This document shows, piece after piece, positions 10,480 through 19,618 of a stretch of DNA of 64,000 bases; the first letter of the stretch is position 1, and every line of letters starts with the position of its first letter. Where the stretch lies: the NCBI GenBank assembly GCA_964627085.1, contig CAZVIP010000002.1, forward strand, positions 85,151 to 149,150. Direction: 5' to 3'. Source of the DNA: an uncultured Candidatus Saccharibacteria bacterium (GTDB lineage: Bacteria; Patescibacteriota; Minisyncoccia; Phycocordibacterales; CAIZLB01). The translations under genes and the position numbers were made by a program. The notes below the pieces were generated by a model. That model was not told the origin of the DNA. It did no database searches and saw only the letters and a list, made by a program, of their open reading frames with translations.

Positions 10480-11343
10480 ATGTCATGGGTATTTATTGCA
10501 ATTCTTGCTGCAGGTTTTAAGTCGCTTGCAACCATAACTGAAAAGAAACTTTTGGGCACTGAATCAATGTCAGAATATTTGTCCGGTATTAGTATTTTCA
10601 TTTCTATTCTTTCTTTACCACTTCTCTTGCTCGTCAAGAATTTTTCTTTCACTGGTATCGACCTCTTAATCACACTTGGTATTTCGATGATTTCTGTCAT
10701 GAGCGCTGCGAGCATTACTTATGTCATCAAAAAAGTTGATATCAGTGAGTCGAGTGCGCTTCTTGCTATGACTCCGATTTTTGTGACTGTTTGCGGTTTT
10801 ATCTTTCTGGGTGAAAGAGTTACAGCCATGCAACTTGGTGGAATTGCACTCTCGTCACTTGGGCTCTTTATCCTAGAGAAGAAGCGTGCGCAGAAACAGC
10901 CTGTGGATAGAAAATTATACATCGTATTAGTGCTCTCACTTATTTTTTTTGCCATTTCAACCATCGGAGATAGATATATGGTGCATTACAGAAATATTGA
11001 CCCTATACTTTTTCTTATCATTGTACAGATCTGTATTAGCATCAACTTTGTGATTTACGATATTCAGCACGCACGAAAAAACAAAAGTAAAAGCAGTTTC
11101 ATTGACCACAAGCTTTTCCGTGAAAAATATTTTTGGCTAAATTCCATATTGATTATTGGGCATAGAATTACCCATATGTTTGGGGTTAATCTAATTGAGG
11201 CCGGTATTTTCAATGCTGCCAAGCAAATCAATGCTATTTTTACCACAGTAATTGGAGGTACTTTGTTTAAAGAAAAAGAGCTTATGCGCAAAACGTTTGC
11301 ATGTATAATAATAGTAACAGGTGTGCTTTTGGTAACTCTTTAA
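10480..11343 (+). CDS. DMT/EamA family transporter
   Basis: About ten TM helices in two repeats; FLGERVT and LFKEK motifs. Confidence 0.85.
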   Translation: MSWVFIAILAAGFKSLATITEKKLLGTESMSEYLSGISIFISILSLPLLLLVKNFSFTGIDLLITLGISMISVMSAASITYVIKKVDISESSALLAMTPIFVTVCGFIFLGERVTAMQLGGIALSSLGLFILEKKRAQKQPVDRKLYIVLVLSLIFFAISTIGDRYMVHYRNIDPILFLIIVQICISINFVIYDIQHARKNKSKSSFIDHKLFREKYFWLNSILIIGHRITHMFGVNLIEAGIFNAAKQINAIFTTVIGGTLFKEKELMRKTFACIIIVTGVLLVTL

Positions 11344-11345
11344 CC

Positions 11346-11945
11346 ATGAATGAATTTCTCCTCAATATAGCCATCAATCATCAATATATTATCTATTTGG
11401 CTGTTTTGGTTATTGCGATCATCGAAGGGCCAATCATCTCGGTTTTTGCAGGAATCTTACTCCACCTTGGCTATGTGCAATTTGCATTAATTTTAATCAC
11501 CATTATGTCTGGGGATTTAATTGGTGATGTTGTTTGGTATATGCTCGGTAATACATACGGACACAGATTTATATATAGATTTGGCAAATATTTTAAAATC
11601 ACCGAATCAAGCGTCGCATATATTGTAAATATTTTTCATACACATAGAAACAAGATCCTTGTAGGCTCAAAGCTGACAACGGGTTTTGGTTTTGCGCCCG
11701 TTGTGCTGTTTGCTGCTGGCATGTCACGTGTCCCCTTCAAAAACTATATGTTAGCCAATACTTTTGGGCAAATTATTTGGTCTGGACTTTTACTTGGGAC
11801 AGGCTATCATTTTAGTAAATTCTACTCATTTCTTGATACTGGATTTAAAAAAGTCTTTTTTATTAGTGGGATAATCATCTGTACGGTGCTTCTTGTCCGC
11901 CTTGTTTCATATATAAGAGATAATAAGCTACCGAAAAACCTATAA
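11346..11945 (+). CDS. DedA family membrane protein
   Basis: IEGP, GDLIGDVVWYMLG, AGMSRVPFKNY; start re-assigned to ATG 11346. Confidence 0.85.
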   Translation: MNEFLLNIAINHQYIIYLAVLVIAIIEGPIISVFAGILLHLGYVQFALILITIMSGDLIGDVVWYMLGNTYGHRFIYRFGKYFKITESSVAYIVNIFHTHRNKILVGSKLTTGFGFAPVVLFAAGMSRVPFKNYMLANTFGQIIWSGLLLGTGYHFSKFYSFLDTGFKKVFFISGIIICTVLLVRLVSYIRDNKLPKNL

Positions 11946-11960
11946 TCACACACCAATAAT

Positions 11961-12683
11961 ATGGCAAAAATATCTGTCATCATCCCCGCTTACAATGAAG
12001 AAGCGTGCATAGCCAAATCTATCGAAGCCGTCCTTGCACAGCATGGTATCGATTTCGAGATTATCGTAGTCAATGATCAGAGCACTGATAAGACACAAGA
12101 AATTTTAGAGACTTATAAGGCTGTCAAAATTGTTCGAGGCGCACACATAGGATTGATGCATGCATGCGAATCAGGGCGTAGGGTTGCAACTGGCGACATT
12201 ATTGTGCGCATGGACGCTGATTGTATTCCGCCGTCAGATTGGCTTTTGCGTGGTTCAAGGTATTTTGATAACCCTCGAGTGGTTGCAGTGTCGGGCCCAT
12301 ATGACTATACCGATGCATCATTTGTGTTTAGATGGGTGTCGCTCTTTGTTCAAAAATATATCTATACTCTTAGCAATATTTTCTTGCGGACTTTTTTCAA
12401 ATCTGGAGGAGTGATGATTGGTGGTAATAGCTTCATGCGTGCGAGTACTTTTGAAATGATTGGTGGATTCGACACAAGAATTATTTTTTACGGCGACGAT
12501 AGCGATACGGTCAAAAGACTGTCGGCTCACGGCAAAGCAATCTTTGACAGAAATTTAATTGTCAAAAGTTCCGCCCGCCGTTTCTACCGCGAAGGTATGC
12601 TCAAAATTTTATGGAAATATTTCAAAGGGTTTGTTGGTGGAAATACCCACACTCTTGAGGATATTCAAACTGATAAAAAATAA
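11961..12683 (+). CDS. Glycosyltransferase family 2
   Basis: SVIIPAYNEE, VNDQSTD, DAD, GGFD, SARR motifs. Confidence 0.92.
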   Translation: MAKISVIIPAYNEEACIAKSIEAVLAQHGIDFEIIVVNDQSTDKTQEILETYKAVKIVRGAHIGLMHACESGRRVATGDIIVRMDADCIPPSDWLLRGSRYFDNPRVVAVSGPYDYTDASFVFRWVSLFVQKYIYTLSNIFLRTFFKSGGVMIGGNSFMRASTFEMIGGFDTRIIFYGDDSDTVKRLSAHGKAIFDRNLIVKSSARRFYREGMLKILWKYFKGFVGGNTHTLEDIQTDKK

Positions 12684-12734
12684 ATCACACACTAGCAAGG
12701 CAGGTCAGGCTTCGCATGTACGGAATTTGAGGGC

Positions 12735-12770
12735 AAACAAAAACCGAGCAACATTGCTCGGTTTTTGTTT
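12735..12770. terminator. Bidirectional terminator between convergent genes
   Basis: aaacaaaaaccgagcaa / ttgctcggtttttgttt inverted repeat. Confidence 0.85.
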
Positions 12771-12806
12771 ATTTTTTTCTTTTAGAAATTATCAGATGGG
12801 CTCAGC

Positions 12807-13109
12807 TTAGCAAGCCTTCTTCTCTGCTTTGACTGCAGATTTCCATGCAGATTCTGCAGCTTTACATTCTTTGTATTCAGCTTCACCTGATAAACACTGT
12901 CCCCCATGGAACCTCTCGAGCTTTCGCTTAGTAGCCCTTGTGTGTGCTTTAGCATTTGCACATTTACCTCCGCTAGCCTTTGCTTCTAAATCTTCATTGC
13001 TGTACATAGAAACAGTGTCATTTTTTGCTAGCATCATATTTGTGACATAGTAGCCGATAGCACCAAATACGAGGAATACTGCAATTGCGATAATTATTTT
13101 TTTCATCAA
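12807..13109 (-). CDS. Small exported/anchored Cys-containing protein
   Basis: N-terminal hydrophobic helix; four Cys in a helical C-terminal domain. Confidence 0.65.
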   Translation of the reverse strand: MMKKIIIAIAVFLVFGAIGYYVTNMMLAKNDTVSMYSNEDLEAKASGGKCANAKAHTRATKRKLERFHGGQCLSGEAEYKECKAAESAWKSAVKAEKKAC

Positions 13110-13219
13110 TTTTAAAACTTTATTTTATTTATAATGTGCGATTTATGCAGATATGATTCAGATTTACAAGTGTAATTATAAAATAAAAATAGTTATAGGT
13201 CTATATTGATGTTCACAAC

Positions 13220-14281
13220 CTACTCACTCTTTATCTTAAGGGGTGTGTGCCTCATGATAAATTTGGAATATAGCTCCCAGTCATCTTGCTCAAGACTCAA
13301 TTCATCAGTTGCGCCAGGGCCAAAGACTTCATCAAGGTCAGAAAGAAAACTTCTATCCCCTGCAAGATATGCGACAAGTGCCTCTTTTTTAATATCGGAG
13401 TAAAACTGTGTAAATGGTTTTCTGCCCTCTAGAGGAGCCTCGTTATATCTCTTAATTACTTTGTGTAACATATAATTTGAGACTATCGAAACAGGTCTTT
13501 CATATGCATCAGGAATTGGATTTTTAACCAAATGAAGCTTCAGTCTTCTATCCTCTTCTACACTTTCGATATCACGCCCATCTTGTTCATTCAAAAATAT
13601 GTCCATCTCTGACGTGCCCACCCCTTTTGATTCTCTCGCCTCTATCCTTTTCTTAATTACCGAAACCATCTCATCAAATTCTTTATTACATGACTCCGTC
13701 ATTTCCTCTTCATGACTTACTGAATCACTGGATATGCCTTTTGCCATTTCTCGCGCAAAATATTCTGTAAAACCTTCATTGATAAGTAAAAATCTACTTG
13801 GTGGTACGCTTGCATTATTTTCACCAAAAGCTGTTTTGCGCTCTTCGAAACCTGTTTGTACCTTATCATCTTTATTTACTTTATTATTCTCAACAAAACT
13901 CCATGCAGCAGCAAGGTGCAAAGCTTCGTGGACAATTGTATGTGAGCTGTACGCCGACACTGGAAGTAACTTAACAATATTTTCCTTCGGAGAAAAACTA
14001 CCAACAGCTCCTGCAAGCTCAGTAAATTTAACAACCTTAAAATCACTCACTTGGATATCAGAGCCACCATATAAACCCTCCTCTCGTAAGCCACCCAGAG
14101 TTTCATTGAGTACGCTTATTGATTCTAGCAACTCTTTTGTTTCAAGAACATATTCGTGTTCTTTATTTGGCTCTAGGGATTCCGCAGATGAAGGTGCTCC
14201 ATCCTGTAATATTTCACTAGATATATCGGTGGCCGGTTCATGCATTTCTGCTCCAGAATCTATTCGAGGTTTCTCTGACAT
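13220..14281 (-). CDS. Putative zincin-like metallopeptidase
   Basis: HEALH (HExxH) plus downstream NEGFTE gluzincin motif. Confidence 0.7.
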   Translation of the reverse strand: MSEKPRIDSGAEMHEPATDISSEILQDGAPSSAESLEPNKEHEYVLETKELLESISVLNETLGGLREEGLYGGSDIQVSDFKVVKFTELAGAVGSFSPKENIVKLLPVSAYSSHTIVHEALHLAAAWSFVENNKVNKDDKVQTGFEERKTAFGENNASVPPSRFLLINEGFTEYFAREMAKGISSDSVSHEEEMTESCNKEFDEMVSVIKKRIEARESKGVGTSEMDIFLNEQDGRDIESVEEDRRLKLHLVKNPIPDAYERPVSIVSNYMLHKVIKRYNEAPLEGRKPFTQFYSDIKKEALVAYLAGDRSFLSDLDEVFGPGATDELSLEQDDWELYSKFIMRHTPLKIKSE

Positions 14282-14356
14282 ACCTAGGATTATACACTGT
14301 AAATATAGGATAGAGAACTAATGTGTAGTCCACAGCAGTATTACCCCAACATCACT

Positions 14357-15149
14357 TTATCTATCACTCTTCACTTTTTTTAGGGCAAAGAGCCCGAGGA
14401 CAATAAACAGCGTCACTGCAAGTGTTGCCAATCTATATCTATAGCTACCAATTGATACAAGTCCTGTCACAACGAGTCCCCACACAATCGGACCAACAAG
14501 TGATGAGGTTCTTTCAATTAAATTAAAATATGAAAAAGCCAGATTGTTACTTTTGGCTGGTGTGAGGTATGCCATAACCGATCGAGAGACTGCCCAATTT
14601 GAACCAAACCATAGCCCCATGATAGTTGTTGCAATCACAAATAATGTGAAATTTTGGATAAATCCAATTGCTGGCAAAATGAATATCCAACCCGTAAGTA
14701 CAAAAACCATGGTTCGCAGCAATACCGTATCCGGAGATGCGTCCTCTTTTCTCCAGAGGACTAATGTCATTAATAAGTGGAGTATAAAATGTAAAACCGA
14801 GTTGATATATATACATCCCCAAAGTAAAAGTAATCAATCCACCCAGATTATTATCACTTACCGCAAACCAAGCACAGAGTGAATAGAGCAAAAATACAAG
14901 GACTGTATTTATACGAAGGCCAACAATTCTGCGCAAATGTTTATCTAACAAAACGCCAATAAACGGAGCTGTACAAATCAAAAAAATAGTTGAGATAGTG
15001 AAAGTCAAATTGAACCAAAAATCAGAAAGCCCCCTATCAATCACGATCCACTGGGCAAAATAAAGAAAAAATACTATCGAAACTATTGAGTTCGCAAAAT
15101 CATATAGCACCCATAATAAGACATTTCTCCTGGTCTGCATTTCTTTCAT
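14357..15149 (-). pseudogene. MFS transporter (UMF1/YxiO-like) with internal deletion and frameshift
   Basis: N-half WVLYDFANS...RGRISGYG in one frame joins C-half ...SRSVMAYLTP...LVGPIVWG in another near 14712; total far shorter than a 12-TM MFS. Confidence 0.75.
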
Positions 15150-15169
15150 ATCAAATATACTATTACAAA

Positions 15170-15658
15170 TTAACTCAAATAACTATCAAACCATATTGCA
15201 TGGCATGTATATCCACCTTTATTTTTTTGGAGATAATCTTGGTGATATTCCTCTGCTTTGTAAAAAGTAGTAAGCGACTCAAGTGTAGTGACAACTGGGT
15301 CTTTCCAGCGTTTTGATTTATTTACAATATCAATGAAATCTGTAGCGATTGCTTTCTCTTCTTCATTTGCATAAAAAATTGCCGAGCGATATGAAGTACC
15401 TGTATCATTTCCTTGTTGATTAAGAGTGGTTGGATTATGAATTTGGAAAAAGAAATCCAGGAGTTTTTTATATGAAGTTTTTTCTGAGTCATATGAAATT
15501 GAAACAGCTTCTGCATGTCCTGGATGAAATTCATATGTTGGATTTTCATTTGATCCACCCGTGTAGCCCACCTCTGTATCTACGACACCTGGCCGGGTTC
15601 TGATTAAATCCTCAAGCCCCCAGAAGCAACCGCCTGCAAGTACAATTTTTTGTATCAT
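15170..15658 (-). CDS. msrA: Peptide-methionine (S)-S-oxide reductase
   Basis: GGCFWG, GHAEAV, AEEYHQDYL. Confidence 0.97.
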   Translation of the reverse strand: MIQKIVLAGGCFWGLEDLIRTRPGVVDTEVGYTGGSNENPTYEFHPGHAEAVSISYDSEKTSYKKLLDFFFQIHNPTTLNQQGNDTGTSYRSAIFYANEEEKAIATDFIDIVNKSKRWKDPVVTTLESLTTFYKAEEYHQDYLQKNKGGYTCHAIWFDSYLS

Positions 15659-15752
15659 ATAATTAATTGAGTTCGAATTAGATTTTGTTAAAACTTACAT
15701 TTGATTTGAACTACATTTGGGCAAATCTATCTATATATTTTACTGCAGTTCT

Positions 15753-16145
15753 TTAAACAAAATTTTCCTCTGTATCATCAAATTGCTCAAAGCATACTGA
15801 ATTCATACAATAGCGCAGACCTGTTTTTGTTGGTCCATCAGGAAATAAATGACCAAGATGTGAATGGCAAACGGCACATACAGTTTCTGTGCGAGTCATA
15901 CCATATGATGTATCCTCTATGTTTTCAACAGCGCCAGGGATGGCTTCATCAAAACTTGGCCAGCCAGTTCCTGAATCAAATTTTGCATCTGATTTAAATA
16001 ATGCATTTCCGCACACCGCACACTTATATAAACCGTCTTTGTCGGGATGAATTAATTTCCCTGAAAAAGGAGCCTCTGTCCCCTTTTCTCTTAAAACTTT
16101 GTACTGTTCTGGAGTTAATTTATTTTTTATTTCATCTTCATTCAT
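15753..16145 (-). CDS. msrB: Peptide-methionine (R)-S-oxide reductase
   Basis: KFDSGTGWPSF, HLGHLFPDGP, RYCMNS. Confidence 0.97.
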   Translation of the reverse strand: MNEDEIKNKLTPEQYKVLREKGTEAPFSGKLIHPDKDGLYKCAVCGNALFKSDAKFDSGTGWPSFDEAIPGAVENIEDTSYGMTRTETVCAVCHSHLGHLFPDGPTKTGLRYCMNSVCFEQFDDTEENFV

Positions 16146-16172
16146 ACCACTATTCTAACAGACAATAGGAAA

Positions 16173-16200
16173 ACCCCAGAGAGCCTACGCTCCCTGGGGT
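16173..16200 (-). terminator. Intrinsic terminator downstream of PAICS-like gene
   Basis: Minus-strand accccagggagc-gtag-gctctctggggt followed by T run. Confidence 0.7.
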
Positions 16201-16270
16201 CGAATTTCCAACAATTGAGATAAATCTCAAAGTTGCGATATATAACCGAATGCACCGCATCGCTACAAAT

Positions 16271-17767
16271 TCACTCAGGCAAACCCGGTTCTAGTTCATA
16301 CCGCAGGGCGGCATAAACATAAGGGTTGCTGAGAGCAAAGATTGCGAGTGCAGCCCGCACAGCTGATTCGAGATACGGTGCCCATGTAACTTGAGGTCGT
16401 CGACCCTCTGGTTGATAGGCATCGAACAGTTTCAGTGAATTATGCGCATCGGCAGCAAACGTATCCCCTAAGCAACAGATTACCGGCACTTCATGCTGCC
16501 ATGAAATTGTTGCCAGTTCTTGATTATAAGCCGGGACATCAGTAATGATGACGGTTTGATCCGCCCCCAAAATATGTTCAGCAAAATCAGGCCTAGGCAT
16601 TGCCTGCATTTCAACCGGTGAAGCTGTATGCGGTGGTGCGACTACATGCGCTATTATGCATCCAAAGTGTATTGACAGTGTATGCATTACTGTGTTTGCA
16701 AGACAGTGATAAGGACCTTCTGGAGCCCAAATGAGAATCTGCTGAGTTGGCACCGTGAACGTGGCGACAACTTTCGCTATTGCCTCAAAGTTTGCAGCCA
16801 TTGCCTTCCTCTGATTAGAGTCGGCTTTTGGGATGACTTCAGTAAGCAATGTGCGTGTGGAATCCACAATGCACCAACTGGTGAGATCGACGATGTCGGC
16901 AATCGAGAGATTACCTTTAGGGTCGATGCCAAATTCCAGTTTGATAGTGTGTAGCCGGAGCCCCTTGTCCTTGAATGCTTTTTCCAAAATCAGGAAGGCA
17001 CGGCGGGCAAGTTCCTCCATCTGCACAATGTATTTTTCCTCAAACGGCTCGGCGAACACGTCTTTGCGCTTGTATGTATGCGACGGTTGTAGTCCATCGG
17101 CAGTGTTTAGCCCGGATAGCTCAGGATTATAGAGATCAAAAGCGTCGTCATCTGGAAGGAACCACATCAGTGGATTTTCACAGAGTAGATTACGACCTTT
17201 CCATGTCGGACCCGTTGCCGTCTCCGTGGATTTGAGGTGTAAATCAACAGCGAGCTTCTTGTGTGTATCGCCGATACCTTTGTTTCGGAGCGCCGTGCTT
17301 GGGTAATCGCCTGCAACACGGTGTGTGAACACCATGTATGGCAACATCTTGCAGCGTGGTGCTGTGAATCCAAAATAGTCCGTAGGGAGTTCATCTTCTT
17401 TGCTCTGAGTATCACTCTTGGTTGGGGCACCCTTCCGTGGTTGCTTACTAAGCAATTTTGCAACCCCTTCAAATGCAACTGGAAGTCCAGCTGCCTTTAG
17501 GAAAGCAAAAATATCACAAGTGATTCTGATGGCTGACTCCTCAATTGAGGCGCCTCCGGTGCGTGCAGATTGCATAAAGATAGCAACTTCATCGAGATTC
17601 GATGCTGGAATGACACTGTATTTATACAGCGACCTGAATGATCCCTTTGGCATTGAGACATTGCTCGCGGCCGCCGGTCTGGGATCGGGTTCCGTGGAGG
17701 GTGTAATAGGAGCTGGTATTGCTGAGTTTCCTGAGGTTGGAGCCTCCGGTACATGAGTTGCGGCCAT
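16271..17767 (-). CDS. Highly divergent SAICAR synthetase (PurC)-PurE fusion-like (PAICS-like) protein
   Basis: RCKMLPY, AFLILEKAF, IKLEFGID..GNLSIADIVD..SW and C-terminal AALAIFALSNPYVYAALR resemble bifunctional PAICS; several catalytic motifs appear altered. Confidence 0.65.
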   Translation of the reverse strand: MAATHVPEAPTSGNSAIPAPITPSTEPDPRPAAASNVSMPKGSFRSLYKYSVIPASNLDEVAIFMQSARTGGASIEESAIRITCDIFAFLKAAGLPVAFEGVAKLLSKQPRKGAPTKSDTQSKEDELPTDYFGFTAPRCKMLPYMVFTHRVAGDYPSTALRNKGIGDTHKKLAVDLHLKSTETATGPTWKGRNLLCENPLMWFLPDDDAFDLYNPELSGLNTADGLQPSHTYKRKDVFAEPFEEKYIVQMEELARRAFLILEKAFKDKGLRLHTIKLEFGIDPKGNLSIADIVDLTSWCIVDSTRTLLTEVIPKADSNQRKAMAANFEAIAKVVATFTVPTQQILIWAPEGPYHCLANTVMHTLSIHFGCIIAHVVAPPHTASPVEMQAMPRPDFAEHILGADQTVIITDVPAYNQELATISWQHEVPVICCLGDTFAADAHNSLKLFDAYQPEGRRPQVTWAPYLESAVRAALAIFALSNPYVYAALRYELEPGLPE

Positions 17768-18054
17768 AATTTTGGGTTCTATTGATTTGGGATTTCTCCC
17801 GTTGTTGTTTGTTGTTGTGGTGAACGAAGCAATATAAACGGCAGTGTTGCCTAAGTGTACCCTTAAATTTCCATTTGAAAGTCTTTCAGATGGTTATGTT
17901 TATACCTTTCAGGCTTTTGCCCTTCTGGCCCCTATATTACAGATTTATTTGACAAAGGCAAGGTTTTTGTGTTGTCTTTGTTTTACTGCTTTAGCCATAT
18001 CGCCCATTATTTATATCTAAATTTACTCACGGTCGCCCATGAATTACGACAATT

Positions 18055-18372
18055 TTATACAAAATCAGCACCATACATTTCTGCTTTCACTTTTTCGAGT
18101 TCTGCGATTTTTTGAGGGTCAGTTATTTGTGTAAAGCGTGACATCTCTTTTTCCCCTGCCTTTACCATCTCGCTAAACATTTCCATTGGGCGTGCTTGCA
18201 TGTCTGCCGGAGCCATCCAATCACCCGCCTCATATAATGGTCGGTACAAAACCATTAAAATTCTGTCTTCGGTATGTCTTGCAATACCACAAACCTCATA
18301 TGTAAAATTATTTTTCTCTCCTGCCGGATCGTGCTTATAGTGTGTGTAATATCCTTTTTTTGGTATGTTCAT
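18055..18372 (-). CDS. DUF1653 domain protein
   Basis: YTHYK...YEV.GIARHTE...VLYRPLY...RPMEMF. Confidence 0.85.
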   Translation of the reverse strand: MNIPKKGYYTHYKHDPAGEKNNFTYEVCGIARHTEDRILMVLYRPLYEAGDWMAPADMQARPMEMFSEMVKAGEKEMSRFTQITDPQKIAELEKVKAEMYGADFV

Positions 18373-18373
18373 G

Positions 18374-18709
18374 TTAATAAATTTTACCACCAATAATTGC
18401 GTCTGGCTTGTCCGGTGTTATCAAAACTACATGTTGATTTGCATCGGGTACACCAAGTGTGAGTACTTCTGAAATGAATGGACCAATTTGTCTTGGTGGA
18501 AAATTGACAACACATAGAACATGCTTTCCAATTAAATCTTCTTTTGTATAAAGCGCGACAATCTGCGCGGATGAATTCTTTATTCCAATTTCGGTACCAA
18601 AATCTATTTTTAATTTGTATGCAGGTTTTCTTGCCTCAGGAAAATCATTCACCTCCATAATCTTCCCTACCCTTATATCCAATTTTTCAAAATCATCAAG
18701 TGTTGCCAT
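18374..18709 (-). CDS. csaA: tRNA-binding protein / CsaA family chaperone
   Basis: LDIRVGKI..FPEARKPAYKL.IDFG..SSAQI..VVNFPPRQIG.F.SEVLTLG. Confidence 0.9.
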   Translation of the reverse strand: MATLDDFEKLDIRVGKIMEVNDFPEARKPAYKLKIDFGTEIGIKNSSAQIVALYTKEDLIGKHVLCVVNFPPRQIGPFISEVLTLGVPDANQHVVLITPDKPDAIIGGKIY

Positions 18710-18762
18710 GTTTTTTTAAATTATGTTATGTAAATTATACGAAACCCCTAAATAAGGTATTA

Positions 18763-19314
18763 TTAATTTCCAGTGGCCACATCCGCCGGCCTCCTAAGAC
18801 ATGCGATTGGTAATACAGTACCACTTTTTAATCTGTAGTCACCATCGTCCAATATCCTTTTTCCCTCATCTATAAATCCGATACGTTTATAAAATTGAAT
18901 TGCATTATCATTGTAAGCAACTACCTGTACCTCAGTATCGACAAGTGGATTAAGTTCAGATAGCGCCGTATTCCATAATTCCGTTCCCACACCTTTACCT
19001 TGCGACTCTTCAGAAACATAAATTGCAAGCAGCTTATTAGGATTACCCTCATCACCTTTTTGTACATAGCAAAAACCCATAACCTCACCATTTTCTTTTG
19101 CAACAAAAACTTTTTTATTTTCCGGTAAGTTATCGAGCCACTTTTGGTGTCCTGCAATTGTTTCTGGCAACAAGACATTTTTGAGCATATCCTCAATATC
19201 TGTCTTGGTCACTCCAAAATTTTCATTTGGGTATGTAGACATCCAAGTGTCATAGTATATTTGATTCATTTTTTCTGAATCAGCTGGTGTGGCAAATGAT
19301 ATTTCTTTTTGCAT
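18763..19314 (-). CDS. GNAT family N-acetyltransferase
   Basis: IYV...QGKGVGT and N..AI.FY...GF motifs. Confidence 0.9.
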   Translation of the reverse strand: MQKEISFATPADSEKMNQIYYDTWMSTYPNENFGVTKTDIEDMLKNVLLPETIAGHQKWLDNLPENKKVFVAKENGEVMGFCYVQKGDEGNPNKLLAIYVSEESQGKGVGTELWNTALSELNPLVDTEVQVVAYNDNAIQFYKRIGFIDEGKRILDDGDYRLKSGTVLPIACLRRPADVATGN

Positions 19315-19618
19315 ATTTAATAAGTGTATCACAGGCTAAATCAGATGATTTAATGCCTGCCCTACACACCTTTCTTACACCAATAGCTAGGCAAATCACC
19401 AAACAGCATTCCACCTCCTCACCCATATACAAAAACCAAAAATATGGTATTGTCAGGGCGGAAAAAGCCTGATTATTTCATGTTTGTTTTACGAATTTTC
19501 AAACCTACAAACCATCCTACAAACCACACAGAAACGCCGCCCCACCAACATCCAGTAAACAATTACGGACAATTAATATCAGGCATCGTACACTGACAAA
19601 ATAGAAAGAACCAAAAAA

